From: Klebsiella phage XDRKpn-1 | Sequence record: PP792980.1 | DNA: 32,000 bases | Reading direction: 5' to 3' (one strand) | Shown here: positions 16,000-26,104 of the stretch, piece by piece | How positions within the stretch are numbered: position 1 is the stretch's first letter | Layout of the letters: each line of letters starts with the position of its first letter | The notes under the pieces: generated by a model | What the model was told of the DNA's origin: nothing | The model's input: the letters and a program-made list of their open reading frames with translations, nothing else | Database searches by the model: none | Made by a program: the position numbers and the translations under genes

Positions 16000-18996
16000 A
16001 TGACTGTTTTCTATACTAACGTCGCCCGGCAAGGCAACGACCTGTTAGTTCGAATTGCAGATGACATGGGCAACCGCCGCATGCTCAAAAAGAAATTCGA
16101 ACCCACTCTATATTTACCCACGGCTGATTATTCTAATGTTGAAAAAGTCGGCCTGTTGAACGAACCTCTGATTTCTAAAAAGTTTGCGTCTATGCGTGAC
16201 GCCGACAACTATATGGAGGAATACAAGGATGTAGAAGGCGCGGCGATATATGGTCAGACCGACTATGCCTATCAATTCATCGCCCACAGTTTTCCTGGTA
16301 CAATTCAGCCAGATTACAACAACATCCATATTGCCAACCTTGATATCGAAGTGTTCTCTGCAGGATGGGTCGACGGGCAGATGACTAAAGGTCCATTCCC
16401 GCACCCGACGATAGAACTACAGACGTTCAAAGGGAGCGCGGCTCGTGTCCGTCAGTTCCATAAACGTATCTTGGCCAACCATGCGTTCGTCCGCGAGCAT
16501 TTCCCCGGCTCCTTTATCTCCAACAACGTGACCGACCAGTTCCCCATCATTGACGCCAATGGTAAGATTACTCAGAATATGAATGCGGCATTCCCGATTA
16601 CGCTCATTCAGCTCCAGGATCTGACCAATAACAAATATATGGTCTGGGGGATGCCGTGTTCTAAGGATCGCCATAAATTCAAATATGACCCAAATGATGA
16701 AGAGATCGGTGGTCTGGAAGTAGAATATCAAGAGTTCACCACCGAACAAGATCTGCTGCGGTCATTTGTTGATTACTGGGAAGCGCGGGCCTTTGACTGC
16801 TGGACAGGCTGGAACATCGAGCAATTTGATAGCCCCTACCTGGTGGAACGCTGCATGCAAGTATTGGGTGAAGCCGACACCAATCGCCTGAGTCCTTGGG
16901 GTAAGATCAAAAAGCGTATCATCCGGGATAAGAAGGGCGACATCACGACTTATCAGTTCGTTGGCTGTCCTATGTTGGATTACCTGCAGGTCTACAAGAA
17001 GCACACGTACACCACACGTGAGAGATATTCTTTGGACTGGATTGCGTATTGCGAACTCGGTGAGAAGAAGATGGATTACAGTGAGAGCAAATCACTGTTT
17101 GATCTGTATTTCAACGATTATTGTAAGCACACCCGGTATGGTATTAAGGACGTCAAACTTGTCTGGCGTCTGGAACAAAAGCTGCGTCTCATTCAGCTGA
17201 TGTTTGTCCTGGCGTATCGCACCAAATCTAACTTTGAAGACGGCTTGGGCACGGTAGCGCCATGGTTGGCCATGTGTTATTACAAGCTGTACGAAAAGGG
17301 GATTGTTCCCAAAGTTCAGCGCGTCTATGATGGGCCGACAAACTTTGAAGGCGCATATGTCATGGAAGTGGCGCCAGGGATCTATTATTGGGTCTTCTCA
17401 GAGGACTTGAACTCCCTGTACCCACACATCATTCAGCAGTACAACCTCGGACCTGAAACGATTATCGGCGATAAACATACCCGTCGTGAAATCATTGAAT
17501 CCATGTGTGAAGAGCTTGCTGTCAAGATGAATGATATGACGACGCCGATGCATAAACGTCGCCATATGAAGAATCTTCATGACAAACTGCTCCGCGCGAT
17601 TGATGAACGCCTACAGGTTGTAGATGAACTGGTTGCCCTGGGTGAATTCCGGTTTGAAACCCTCGTGCGTTACAACGTGTCGTTTACACCAAACGTTCAA
17701 TTCTTCAGTAATGAGAAAATGTCCTTCCTATCTGAGATCATGCGCGGCATTTACGCTGACCGTAAAGGTGAGAAGGCCAAGGGTCTGAAGTATGAGCAAT
17801 GGGCGGGCTGGTGTAAGGAAATGTCTAAGGGTGACTTCCACCTTGAATCCGCGATGAAATCCCGCTACTTTGACCAAGACTGGTATGAAGAGCACAAGAA
17901 CATCGACCTTGACCACCTGTCCGAAGTGATGCACAAATGGGAAGACCTTGGCGTTGCCCAAGACACGTTACAGCAAGGTCTGAAGATCTTGATGAACGCA
18001 GGTTATGGTGCAATCTCTAACGTCTGGTTTAAAGAATACTTTAACCTCAACATTGCGGAAGCGATTACAACTTCAGGGCAGTTGATCAATAAGTGGAACA
18101 AGCGTTACACTGACGATTATCTTAACGGATTGTGCGGGACCAGCGGCCTGGATTATGTTATCGCGGGGGACACGGACTCGAACTATATCTGTATCGAGCG
18201 CCTGGTCAAGAAATTGTGGGAAGGAGAAACTGACCACCACAAACTTGTTGATAATATCGACCAATGGATCAAGGAGAATTACCAGCCCAAGACCAATGAA
18301 TGGGCGCAGATGCTCTGCAATACGATGAATGGCTATGAGCAGCGCATGGTTTGGGAGCGTGAAGTCATTGCGTCTGCTGCAGTATGGCGTGCCAAGAAGA
18401 TGTATTGCATGGCTGTCTATGACAGTGAAGGCATCAAATATGAGAAGCCGAAGATCAAATTCAAAGGTCTTGAGGCGCGTAAATCAACAACGCCAGAATG
18501 GTGTCGTGAACGTCTCATCAAGTGCTATGAGCGCATTCTTTTAGGCACGGAAAGCGAAGTCCAAGACCTCATCAAGACGTATAAAGATGAGTACATGAAA
18601 CTGAGCGTCGATGATATTGCGAAGGCATCGGGCGTATCTGACATCGAGAAGTGCGTGGCTCCTGACGGATCCTTTATCTCCGGAGCACATTTTGCTGCGA
18701 AGGCATGCGTCGGCTATAACCGCCTGGTAGAGAAGCATGAAGAACTCGATTTACCGTTAATAGAATCCGGCGATAAAGTCAACATTGTTCTGCTGAAAGC
18801 CGGTAATCCGTTCGGTCAGAACTATTTCGCCTATCCAGAGTTCTTCCCCGAAGAATTAGATATGGCGAAGTGGGTGGATTACAACACGGCATTTGAGAAG
18901 TCATTCATCGAACCGATCCAGTCTATACTGACGGTCGTTGGCTGGTCTCACAAACGTCGAGTAAATCTATTGGCGATGATGGGTAAGAAAGGTTGA
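16000..18996 (+). CDS. 43: Family B DNA polymerase, T4 gp43-like
   Basis: Start at MTVFYTNVARQGND after GGAGAA. Motifs NLDIEVF (Exo I), DLNSLYPHIIQQYNLGPET (pol A), NAGYGAISN, AGDTDSNY (pol C). Confidence 0.95.
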   Translation: MTVFYTNVARQGNDLLVRIADDMGNRRMLKKKFEPTLYLPTADYSNVEKVGLLNEPLISKKFASMRDADNYMEEYKDVEGAAIYGQTDYAYQFIAHSFPGTIQPDYNNIHIANLDIEVFSAGWVDGQMTKGPFPHPTIELQTFKGSAARVRQFHKRILANHAFVREHFPGSFISNNVTDQFPIIDANGKITQNMNAAFPITLIQLQDLTNNKYMVWGMPCSKDRHKFKYDPNDEEIGGLEVEYQEFTTEQDLLRSFVDYWEARAFDCWTGWNIEQFDSPYLVERCMQVLGEADTNRLSPWGKIKKRIIRDKKGDITTYQFVGCPMLDYLQVYKKHTYTTRERYSLDWIAYCELGEKKMDYSESKSLFDLYFNDYCKHTRYGIKDVKLVWRLEQKLRLIQLMFVLAYRTKSNFEDGLGTVAPWLAMCYYKLYEKGIVPKVQRVYDGPTNFEGAYVMEVAPGIYYWVFSEDLNSLYPHIIQQYNLGPETIIGDKHTRREIIESMCEELAVKMNDMTTPMHKRRHMKNLHDKLLRAIDERLQVVDELVALGEFRFETLVRYNVSFTPNVQFFSNEKMSFLSEIMRGIYADRKGEKAKGLKYEQWAGWCKEMSKGDFHLESAMKSRYFDQDWYEEHKNIDLDHLSEVMHKWEDLGVAQDTLQQGLKILMNAGYGAISNVWFKEYFNLNIAEAITTSGQLINKWNKRYTDDYLNGLCGTSGLDYVIAGDTDSNYICIERLVKKLWEGETDHHKLVDNIDQWIKENYQPKTNEWAQMLCNTMNGYEQRMVWEREVIASAAVWRAKKMYCMAVYDSEGIKYEKPKIKFKGLEARKSTTPEWCRERLIKCYERILLGTESEVQDLIKTYKDEYMKLSVDDIAKASGVSDIEKCVAPDGSFISGAHFAAKACVGYNRLVEKHEELDLPLIESGDKVNIVLLKAGNPFGQNYFAYPEFFPEELDMAKWVDYNTAFEKSFIEPIQSILTVVGWSHKRRVNLLAMMGKKG

Positions 18997-19007
18997 TTCA
19001 ATAACCG

Positions 19008-19030
19008 ACAGGGGGATATAATTCCCCTGT
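19008..19030 (+). terminator. Probable terminator or strong hairpin after DNA polymerase
   Basis: ACAGGGG...CCCCTGT followed by TGTTT. Confidence 0.5.
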
Positions 19031-19062
19031 TGTTTCCCTTTGACAAAGAATAGGTGATTAAG

Positions 19063-19395
19063 ATGAAACTCAATAAGATCCTTCTGGTATGCGCTCTGGC
19101 ATTCTCTACCACGGCGTGTTCTACTCTTCTGGATGTTCCTGACCTGAGCGGGCCGGACTTCACTCAAGACCAGGCTCAGACCAAAATGGATGACATGGTT
19201 AAAGCACATGCCGCCCTCCAGGGTACTACTCCCGGCCCGATCCAGACCGTTTGCAATTACGATGACAGCGATCCAACAACGGAGCTGTATCATTGTTCCA
19301 CTTTTGTAAAAGACTCCATGGTTGTTTTGTATGGCGACTGCCAGGCTGATGGTTGTAAAGCGACAGGATATGATAAAGTGGAGGAAGATAAATGA
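19063..19395 (+). CDS. Putative lipoprotein
   Basis: MKLNKILLVCALAFSTTACSTLL signal peptide with lipobox-like TTAC. Confidence 0.7.
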   Translation: MKLNKILLVCALAFSTTACSTLLDVPDLSGPDFTQDQAQTKMDDMVKAHAALQGTTPGPIQTVCNYDDSDPTTELYHCSTFVKDSMVVLYGDCQADGCKATGYDKVEEDK

Positions 19396-20183
19396 ACAAC
19401 CTGACTTGCCTATACGATATGAACTCAAAGGTCGGAGGTCTGTATCGGGTTTTGGTGGACGTTGATCTGACAATGGTCGATAGTCTATCGCCTTGGGTCA
19501 AATGGTTTAATGACGGAAACCTGGAAGCCCAAGCAAGTCTCCCGGATGGGATTGTTGGCCCCGCTAAATTCCAGCCGATCACCAAGCAATGTTATATGAA
19601 CCATGCGGGTGATTTGGCAATCCTGATGCGTGAACGTGCTCATCCGGCATGGTCACATTCATATGTCAGTATCGGCGGTAAGACCCATTATATGTCAAAC
19701 GGACGCGACCCGATGGACTTTTGGCGCCAACCTGATCTGTACTCCCGTATGCAGCCGTTGCCCGGTGCGGTAGAGTTCTTGAACAACTTGCATGATGCGC
19801 TGCTCATGAAGTTTGAAATGGTGGAATTTGTTGCTGTCACCAAATGTGAACCCGAGCACGAACGCAGCAAACGTCAGTTCGTGTATGGCAAGTTCCCGAA
19901 CATCTTTGATGGGTTTATCAGCACGGATGAAAAGCACATGGTTGCTGGCGATGTTTTGATTGACGACAATCCGAAATATGTCGACCCGTGCATCTGGAAC
20001 AATGTTTTCAGCATCTTCGTTCCTCAGGGGAATTATGAAAAACTGGATCTTTCGGATTCAGAAAACATGATATATGTTAAACCAGTAGAAGGCCGCAACC
20101 ACTTCGACTATCTGCGTGAGAATTTTACAGAAGTCGTTGACCGCCTGGTTGCACATTACCAATTTGTCCGTCAAGGAGTCTGA
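19392..20183 (+). CDS. HAD-superfamily 5'(3')-deoxyribonucleotidase-like protein
   Basis: VLVDVDLTMVDS (DxDxT), PLPGAVEFLNNLHD, GDVLIDDNPKYVD. Confidence 0.6.
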   Translation: MNNLTCLYDMNSKVGGLYRVLVDVDLTMVDSLSPWVKWFNDGNLEAQASLPDGIVGPAKFQPITKQCYMNHAGDLAILMRERAHPAWSHSYVSIGGKTHYMSNGRDPMDFWRQPDLYSRMQPLPGAVEFLNNLHDALLMKFEMVEFVAVTKCEPEHERSKRQFVYGKFPNIFDGFISTDEKHMVAGDVLIDDNPKYVDPCIWNNVFSIFVPQGNYEKLDLSDSENMIYVKPVEGRNHFDYLRENFTEVVDRLVAHYQFVRQGV

Positions 20184-20184
20184 A

Positions 20185-20493
20185 GTGTCTAACGAATTGC
20201 TGAAAGTGGTAGAATGCCCTGACAAACGATCAGGGGATAGTGATATGGATGGCGTCATCATTCATATCAACAACTACATCCGTTCTCAAGAGAATCCTTC
20301 CTCTGTTGGGGCGGCTAAAGAAATGAAGCGTGTCTTGAGTGAGATTGGGATGTCTCCTGATGACGAAGAAATATTCTATAACTTTGACGACCAGTATAAA
20401 GTAAAGTTTGAAGAAAACGGTATTCCGCAGGTGGCTGTCTTTTGGGCACCGTGGATTGGTGGCGTGAGCTGGCGTATTGAGGATGACAAATAA
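20185..20493 (+). CDS. Hypothetical protein
   Basis: GTG start after AAGGAG; 102 aa ending SWRIEDDK. Confidence 0.65.
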   Translation: MSNELLKVVECPDKRSGDSDMDGVIIHINNYIRSQENPSSVGAAKEMKRVLSEIGMSPDDEEIFYNFDDQYKVKFEENGIPQVAVFWAPWIGGVSWRIEDDK

Positions 20494-21377
20494 TGTCAAA
20501 ACTGATTGTAATCAAAGGCACAAGCGGCACGGGCAAGGGTACTCGTGTGGTACAGTTCATAGAATGGCTGCGTACTCGCCTTGAGCCGCGCGAGGTCACT
20601 TATACCATCGGCGATAAAACGCGCCTGTTTGGTCTGGCCTTTGATGAACTGAAATTAATGTTTGTCGGCCAGTATACTGCGTCAAACAAATCCGGTCTTG
20701 CCTCGTGGACCTCGATGGACGCTATCCATGCCGCGACAGGTTCTGGTGATATCGCCCGCGAACTGGTCAAAGAACATCTCAGCGCGGGATATACGCTGGT
20801 CTGTGAGGGTGAACCGCTGATGCTGTCTGATAAATGGCGTCCAGAATGGATGTTTGCCAATTATCCTATTGAGCAAATGGCGCTGTTGTACTTCACATAT
20901 CCGGATCGTTATCAGTATGATGCTCGTATCCGTGGGCGTTCTGGTAAAGAAGCCGGGGATTCGGGCTGGACTCGGAATGAGTCTTATCAGAAAGAATTTG
21001 AAAAGTCTAAATCTGAAATGGCGGCGGCGGGCTGGGATGTCGTTGTAGATTCATACAGCGGTCAGGACGTCCTCTACAAAAAGAACGGCGTTGGCAGCGA
21101 AGTTGCCCAATTGCCATTCGATGCACCGCTGTGGGTCATTGGTAATGCCATTCATCACATGATCATCAATGAAGTCCGTGACGCGGGGTTCGTCTTCAAA
21201 GAATTCTATAAGTATTGCGAAGACCATCCAATGACCCGTGAAGTTGGTGGTTCAGACCCGCTGGCGCATCGCGTACCAGAAAAGGCTACCCGCCGCCAGG
21301 TTGTCAAGAAGACGGCTGATGAAAAGAAACAGCTGTCCAAAAGTTCTAACGTTCTGGCTATGATGTTGAGGAAATAA
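20493..21377 (+). CDS. P-loop kinase; candidate 5-hydroxymethyldeoxyuridine DNA kinase-like
   Basis: MSKLIVIKGTSGTGKGT Walker A; adjacent to candidate AADT-like gene. Confidence 0.6.
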   Translation: MSKLIVIKGTSGTGKGTRVVQFIEWLRTRLEPREVTYTIGDKTRLFGLAFDELKLMFVGQYTASNKSGLASWTSMDAIHAATGSGDIARELVKEHLSAGYTLVCEGEPLMLSDKWRPEWMFANYPIEQMALLYFTYPDRYQYDARIRGRSGKEAGDSGWTRNESYQKEFEKSKSEMAAAGWDVVVDSYSGQDVLYKKNGVGSEVAQLPFDAPLWVIGNAIHHMIINEVRDAGFVFKEFYKYCEDHPMTREVGGSDPLAHRVPEKATRRQVVKKTADEKKQLSKSSNVLAMMLRK

Positions 21378-21379
21378 AG

Positions 21380-21583
21380 ATGAACAGCAAGTGGTTGGAT
21401 GCTATTTTATTGGTCGGGGCGATCACTTGTTTAGCCTCATTATTAACCATGATAGTATATCATTATGGTTTCATTGATCTGTCAGAAGCAGAAAAGAAAA
21501 CCATGAATGTGGTTTACTGGTTCGGCTTCTTATCGTTCTTTATACCTGTTGTCTATAAATTATTTTTAAAGGAAATGAAATGA
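21380..21583 (+). CDS. Small membrane protein
   Basis: Two hydrophobic segments, overlaps next gene start. Confidence 0.6.
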   Translation: MNSKWLDAILLVGAITCLASLLTMIVYHYGFIDLSEAEKKTMNVVYWFGFLSFFIPVVYKLFLKEMK

Positions 21584-21960
21584 AAATTTTGATTCCCCGC
21601 GATGCCGTGGCTATCGCTATTGATTATAAGGGCGATGCCAAGATGATCAATGCTGTCCGTTATTATCCGGAAGACAACCGGGTTATCCCACAGTTTCAGC
21701 TGAACACTAACCCGGCGTCTAAAGATTTTGGTCAGTGGCGCCAGGTCGGTCTCGTCCGTACTAACGCCAACGCCCAGGCGTTCATTGCTGACCGTTCCAA
21801 TAAAGCCAAGCGTATGTGGGTTGTAACTTCTGACAAACGCTTTGTCGATATCTGGAACTCTGCATTCGGCCCGGTCACCGCAGATCAAGTGCAACTGGAG
21901 CCAGTTCAGCCTCATCCTGGAGATGAAGAACTTTCAAGTTCCGTCGGCGAAAAGGATTGA
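21580..21960 (+). CDS. Hypothetical protein
   Basis: MKILIPRDAVAIAIDYKGDAKM..., GGAAATG context. Confidence 0.65.
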   Translation: MKILIPRDAVAIAIDYKGDAKMINAVRYYPEDNRVIPQFQLNTNPASKDFGQWRQVGLVRTNANAQAFIADRSNKAKRMWVVTSDKRFVDIWNSAFGPVTADQVQLEPVQPHPGDEELSSSVGEKD

Positions 21961-21963
21961 TGT

Positions 21964-23181
21964 ATGGCACATTTATCTAAAATGCCACAGGGGTATAAAG
22001 CCCCTGAGCAATGGAAGTACCCGATTGATCTGAAGGTTGACTACCGCAAGCCTGAGAACCGGATGTATCTGCTCAAGGCGTGGGTAGAAGCACTGTCCTA
22101 TACTGAAGAGCACAACCAGCAGATGCGTCTGATGGATTATGCTATTGAAGTCACGGATGGCCTCACCAACCTGGAAAAGATCGAGCGCAAGATCTGGATG
22201 GCGTTCCTTTGGGGTTGCTGCTATAATGCGATCGGCCCGTGGACAATCTACTCTGAGTTCCCGGTTCCTCCTCAGACCAAAGAAGAAATGCAGCGCTTCT
22301 CGGACTGGTATAATCTGAACTTTGAACGCATGCGCTTCGATACTGATTGCCGCTACCGCAAGTCCAAGATGATCCCATGTGTTCAGTCCTATGTGGATTG
22401 GCTGGGCGGTAAAACTCAGATGGATTCTTTCCGTTGGATGCTGGAATGCACCATGAAGGAAGACCAGTTTACTGAGTTGTGGGACACGGCGATGTCCTGG
22501 AAATACTTCGGCCGCCTCAGCGCCTGGAACTTCCTGGAAGCCATGAACATGGTGTTCGGTAACATGTGGGAAATTGACGTTCCCGGTTTCATGCTGCGTG
22601 ACCGTGAAGGCAGTGAATCGAATCGCAATGGCGCGGCGTTTCTTTCTAACCGTGATGATTGGGTGACCAAACACGGGAAGAAAAAGATCGACGGCTGTCC
22701 TATCACCGATGAAGAGTGCGACATTCTGGAAGCCGATTTGGAAAAGGCATTCCATGAATGCGTTGAAGAGTTCGGTCACCTGACGTTCATCAACCGTCTG
22801 AACTTTGAGACCTCTGGCGCGTGTTGGTTGAAGAAATTCTTCCGTCTGAAGAACACTCGTTATATCGGGTGGGATGCTGAGCGTACTTGGGATGAAATCG
22901 ACTACATGGAACGCATTTGGCCGGAGTACTCCTGCGCGGCACTCTGGGAAGCGCGTTCACTTTGGCTACCGGATACCCTGTTATGTGAGAAGGCTCCCGC
23001 AGGGCACGTCCCAGGCGTCCAAAAGTGGAAGATGCCGGTGTTCTTTGAGACGGGTGTTCCCCTTCATATCTGGCATCTACAGAAGGGGACACGCTGGGAA
23101 CCTGAAGAGCGTATTGAACGCAAACAGGAGGTCGTCCCTGTCGCAAAGAGCGTTAACCTGATGTCATTGATGAAGAAATAA
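21964..23181 (+). CDS. Candidate amino-acid:DNA transferase (formerly alpha-glutamyl/putrescinyl thymine pyrophosphorylase)-like protein
   Basis: FGRLSAWNFLEAMNMVFG...FMLRDREGSESNRNGAAFL pattern resembles my recollection of that phage family; not searched. Confidence 0.45.
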   Translation: MAHLSKMPQGYKAPEQWKYPIDLKVDYRKPENRMYLLKAWVEALSYTEEHNQQMRLMDYAIEVTDGLTNLEKIERKIWMAFLWGCCYNAIGPWTIYSEFPVPPQTKEEMQRFSDWYNLNFERMRFDTDCRYRKSKMIPCVQSYVDWLGGKTQMDSFRWMLECTMKEDQFTELWDTAMSWKYFGRLSAWNFLEAMNMVFGNMWEIDVPGFMLRDREGSESNRNGAAFLSNRDDWVTKHGKKKIDGCPITDEECDILEADLEKAFHECVEEFGHLTFINRLNFETSGACWLKKFFRLKNTRYIGWDAERTWDEIDYMERIWPEYSCAALWEARSLWLPDTLLCEKAPAGHVPGVQKWKMPVFFETGVPLHIWHLQKGTRWEPEERIERKQEVVPVAKSVNLMSLMKK

Positions 23182-23208
23182 CTGAGCAATACTAGTTTCT
23201 TCAATAAT

Positions 23209-23242
23209 GGGAATGGGCTTATATTTGGCCCGTTCCCTTTTT
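23209..23242 (+). terminator. Rho-independent terminator
   Basis: GGGAATGGGC...GCCCGTTCCCTTTTT. Confidence 0.85.
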
Positions 23243-23261
23243 ATCGCTAAGGATCAAAATT

Positions 23262-23495
23262 ATGACTCACACAGATCTCATCACGTGCCCAAGGACGTTA
23301 CAGCGGGCTACGGCGCACGTTCTCCATTCAGTGGCAACCATCATGTTTCGCCATCACCTATCGTTTGATGAAGCCATGGACCCGAAGTACCATGAAGAAC
23401 GTTGGGCGCTCTTGGTCGCCAACGGCGCGGATGAAAAACACAAAGAACAACTGTTGGGTATGACGAAGGCCCAACTCGTGGGTGGTGTATTATGA
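23262..23495 (+). CDS. Hypothetical protein
   Basis: 77-aa ORF overlapping next gene start. Confidence 0.6.
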   Translation: MTHTDLITCPRTLQRATAHVLHSVATIMFRHHLSFDEAMDPKYHEERWALLVANGADEKHKEQLLGMTKAQLVGGVL

Positions 23496-24583
23496 TCTAT
23501 CTCTTTTTCATCCTGCCATTGGCGATGGCCGTCGCGTTCATTGTCAGACACCAGGCCGACCACAACGTTAAGGAGACGGTCTATACGACCCTTATCGGGG
23601 TTGGTTTGTCTTGCCTGATACAAGCGGGTGCATACGCAGCATTCTCCTTGGGGAGTGCTGCTGACGTGGAAATCCTTAATGGTTATGTTACGGGTAAGAC
23701 TCGGGAAAAGGTCTCATGCGAGCACCAGTATCAATGTGGTCAGACGTGTTCAACGGATAGTAAAGGCAACCAGTCCTGTGTCCCGATCTATTGTGACGAG
23801 CATGATTACGACGTTGACTGGGATGTTCACACGACCGTCGGTGATCTGACCATTAAGCGTATAGACCGACAAGGTTTGCGCCAGCCGCCGCGCTGGGCGC
23901 AGGTGAAGGTCGGGGAACCAGCTGCACAAGATCATCCGTATCAGAACTACGTTCTTGGAAACAGGGATTCATTATTCTCCCGTTCGGATGAACAATTTGC
24001 CCAGAAGTTCAAAGATTATATTCCGGCGTACCCAAAGGTCTATGATTATTATCGTGTCAACCGGGTTCTGAACATGTCTGGTTTGAATCTTCCTGTCGGT
24101 TACTGGAATGATTATTTGAACGGTGTTCTGAAAACTCTGGGTGCCGAGCGTCAGGTGAACATCGTTTGGGTGATAACTTCAGGCCAGCCGATTGAATATT
24201 TCCAGGGGCTGGTGTATGCATGGGCGGGCGGCAAGAAGAATGACGTCATCGTCGTTACCGATATCACCAAAGACATGAAGATAAATTGGGGCAAGAGCAC
24301 TTCTTTTGCAGATGGCATGAACAACATGGAGTTGCATTCCCGCAATGGATTATCCCTTACTGGACAGCCCATGGGGATAGCAGTCTTCCAAGAAGTCGCT
24401 ACTAATATCAGCAAGGGCTACAACCGGGTGTCTATGAAGGAGATGGATTATCTGAAATGGCGTGAGTTGAAGACTTGGGAAGCCCTGATCGTGTCTTTAC
24501 TCGGTTGTGTGCCGTTCGGTGTATTATTCTATCTTGGCGCTGGGCCATATAATTTTAGTCTAAATCGTCGTTTCCCATTCTAA
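23492..24583 (+). CDS. Membrane protein with Cys-rich segment
   Basis: N- and C-terminal hydrophobic helices; CEHQYQCGQTCSTDSKGNQSCVPIYCDEHD. Confidence 0.7.
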   Translation: MIYLFFILPLAMAVAFIVRHQADHNVKETVYTTLIGVGLSCLIQAGAYAAFSLGSAADVEILNGYVTGKTREKVSCEHQYQCGQTCSTDSKGNQSCVPIYCDEHDYDVDWDVHTTVGDLTIKRIDRQGLRQPPRWAQVKVGEPAAQDHPYQNYVLGNRDSLFSRSDEQFAQKFKDYIPAYPKVYDYYRVNRVLNMSGLNLPVGYWNDYLNGVLKTLGAERQVNIVWVITSGQPIEYFQGLVYAWAGGKKNDVIVVTDITKDMKINWGKSTSFADGMNNMELHSRNGLSLTGQPMGIAVFQEVATNISKGYNRVSMKEMDYLKWRELKTWEALIVSLLGCVPFGVLFYLGAGPYNFSLNRRFPF

Positions 24584-24599
24584 ACAAGAGGCTACACAA

Positions 24600-25163
24600 A
24601 TGTCAAAAAGTATCAGTTCTTCTCTTATCGTCGTCGGTGCTACCGTTGGTTTGATCGCAATCATCGCCGGGTTTCTTATCAGCACGTTCAACGGTTTTAA
24701 CAAGCTGGAGAACAATGTTAAGAAGTTCAACAAGGACTCAGAGAACTATCTGAGTTCTTATACTATGAAAGTGCAGGACACGGCGCAAATCCCGGACATG
24801 TACAAGAACGGGTTGAAGGAAGTCATCAAGGGAACATTTGAAGGCCGCTATGGCGCTGATGGTTCCAAAGCGGTGATGCAATGGATCCAGGAACAGAATA
24901 TCCAGTTTGATTCGTCCCTGTACAAAGAAATTCAGATCGTAATCAGCGCGGGCCGCGATGAATTCCGTATCAGCCAGACCAAAAAACTGGATGCGTGCCA
25001 GCTGTATGAGACCCGACTCCAACAGTTCCCAGGCAATATCGTGGCTGGAATGTTTGGTTTCCCTCGTCTGGATCTGGAAAAGACCTGTCAGGTTGTAAGC
25101 GATAGCCGTACCCAGGCAGCTTTTGAATCTGGTGTCCAGGCTCCGATTAACTTCAAAGGGTGA
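24600..25163 (+). CDS. LemA-like membrane protein
   Basis: N-terminal TM helix, GFNKLENNVKKFNKDSENYLSSY, LYETRLQQFPGNIVAGMFGFPRLDLE. Confidence 0.6.
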   Translation: MSKSISSSLIVVGATVGLIAIIAGFLISTFNGFNKLENNVKKFNKDSENYLSSYTMKVQDTAQIPDMYKNGLKEVIKGTFEGRYGADGSKAVMQWIQEQNIQFDSSLYKEIQIVISAGRDEFRISQTKKLDACQLYETRLQQFPGNIVAGMFGFPRLDLEKTCQVVSDSRTQAAFESGVQAPINFKG

Positions 25164-25167
25164 TATC

Positions 25168-25590
25168 ATGACGATTAACATCAACAGCGTGAGACTCACC
25201 GAATCATTGAGCCTGGCCCAACAACAGGCTCTCCTGGATGAAATCGTTATTTCGGCAGTTAAGCAGGGTATCATAAAAGAAGATACTTTGCTGACCCGAA
25301 CCGAGATGGTCCACCATCTTGCTGTTTGTCTAGGAGAAGTGGATAACCACCGAAAGAAAGTCGTGTTGTTCAAAGAAGGGGTTATTCATCCGACCGGGCG
25401 TTGTGCTTTCCTTACCCTGGCAAGCGCGCACCCGGAGACTGAAACGAACGAAGTCAAAACTTCTATTCCGGTGACGCCATACATCAAAGACGTCAACGAA
25501 CTGACCTGGTTCGAAACCATCAATACCATCTATATTATGGCGGTTGGTGGAACCCCTGTCCAGGATCTGCGTGGCGCATTAGCTGAATAG
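25168..25590 (+). CDS. Hypothetical protein
   Basis: Start refined to MTININSVRLTESLSL. Confidence 0.65.
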   Translation: MTININSVRLTESLSLAQQQALLDEIVISAVKQGIIKEDTLLTRTEMVHHLAVCLGEVDNHRKKVVLFKEGVIHPTGRCAFLTLASAHPETETNEVKTSIPVTPYIKDVNELTWFETINTIYIMAVGGTPVQDLRGALAE

Positions 25591-25610
25591 AGTTAATTCT
25601 TCAATAAACA

Positions 25611-25640
25611 GGGATAGGGTATTATTACTCTATCCCTTTT
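25611..25640 (+). terminator. Rho-independent terminator
   Basis: GGGATAG...CTATCCCTTTT. Confidence 0.75.
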
Positions 25641-25657
25641 CTTTGGAGCAAACGCTA

Positions 25658-26104
25658 ATGCCTACCAAACCAACTTATGAAGAACTTGTGCAAGTAGTTC
25701 TCACCTTTGACAAGACCTTGAAGAATCTGTACAATGCGCTGGGAAAGAATCCGACTTCGGAGTCAGGAAAGACAGTCAACCTGTTGTTGATGTTGAATCC
25801 TTTGTGGGATATTGATGCTATCGTGGCGGCGCTGAAAGAACCAGAAGCACAGGAACCAACTCCCGTCGCTTCTAACATCCAGGAATATCTGGAAAACTTT
25901 GACGAATATTCTTTTACTAATCTGATGCTGCGCGATCTAATCGATCAGGAAGAACGTCGGCAGAGTAAAAATTGCTCAGAAGTCCAATCTCGTGATGAAA
26001 TCAGAGCATCGGTGGAACGTGATTTTGACTATGATTTCATGAAGTTGGCTGTGATGATCGCCAAGGCGTTGTCCTATGCCGCAAAAGGAGAAACAAATGT
26101 CTAA
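25658..26104 (+). CDS. Hypothetical protein
   Basis: MPTKPTYEELVQVVLTFDKTLKNLYNALGK..., GGAG upstream. Confidence 0.65.
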   Translation: MPTKPTYEELVQVVLTFDKTLKNLYNALGKNPTSESGKTVNLLLMLNPLWDIDAIVAALKEPEAQEPTPVASNIQEYLENFDEYSFTNLMLRDLIDQEERRQSKNCSEVQSRDEIRASVERDFDYDFMKLAVMIAKALSYAAKGETNV

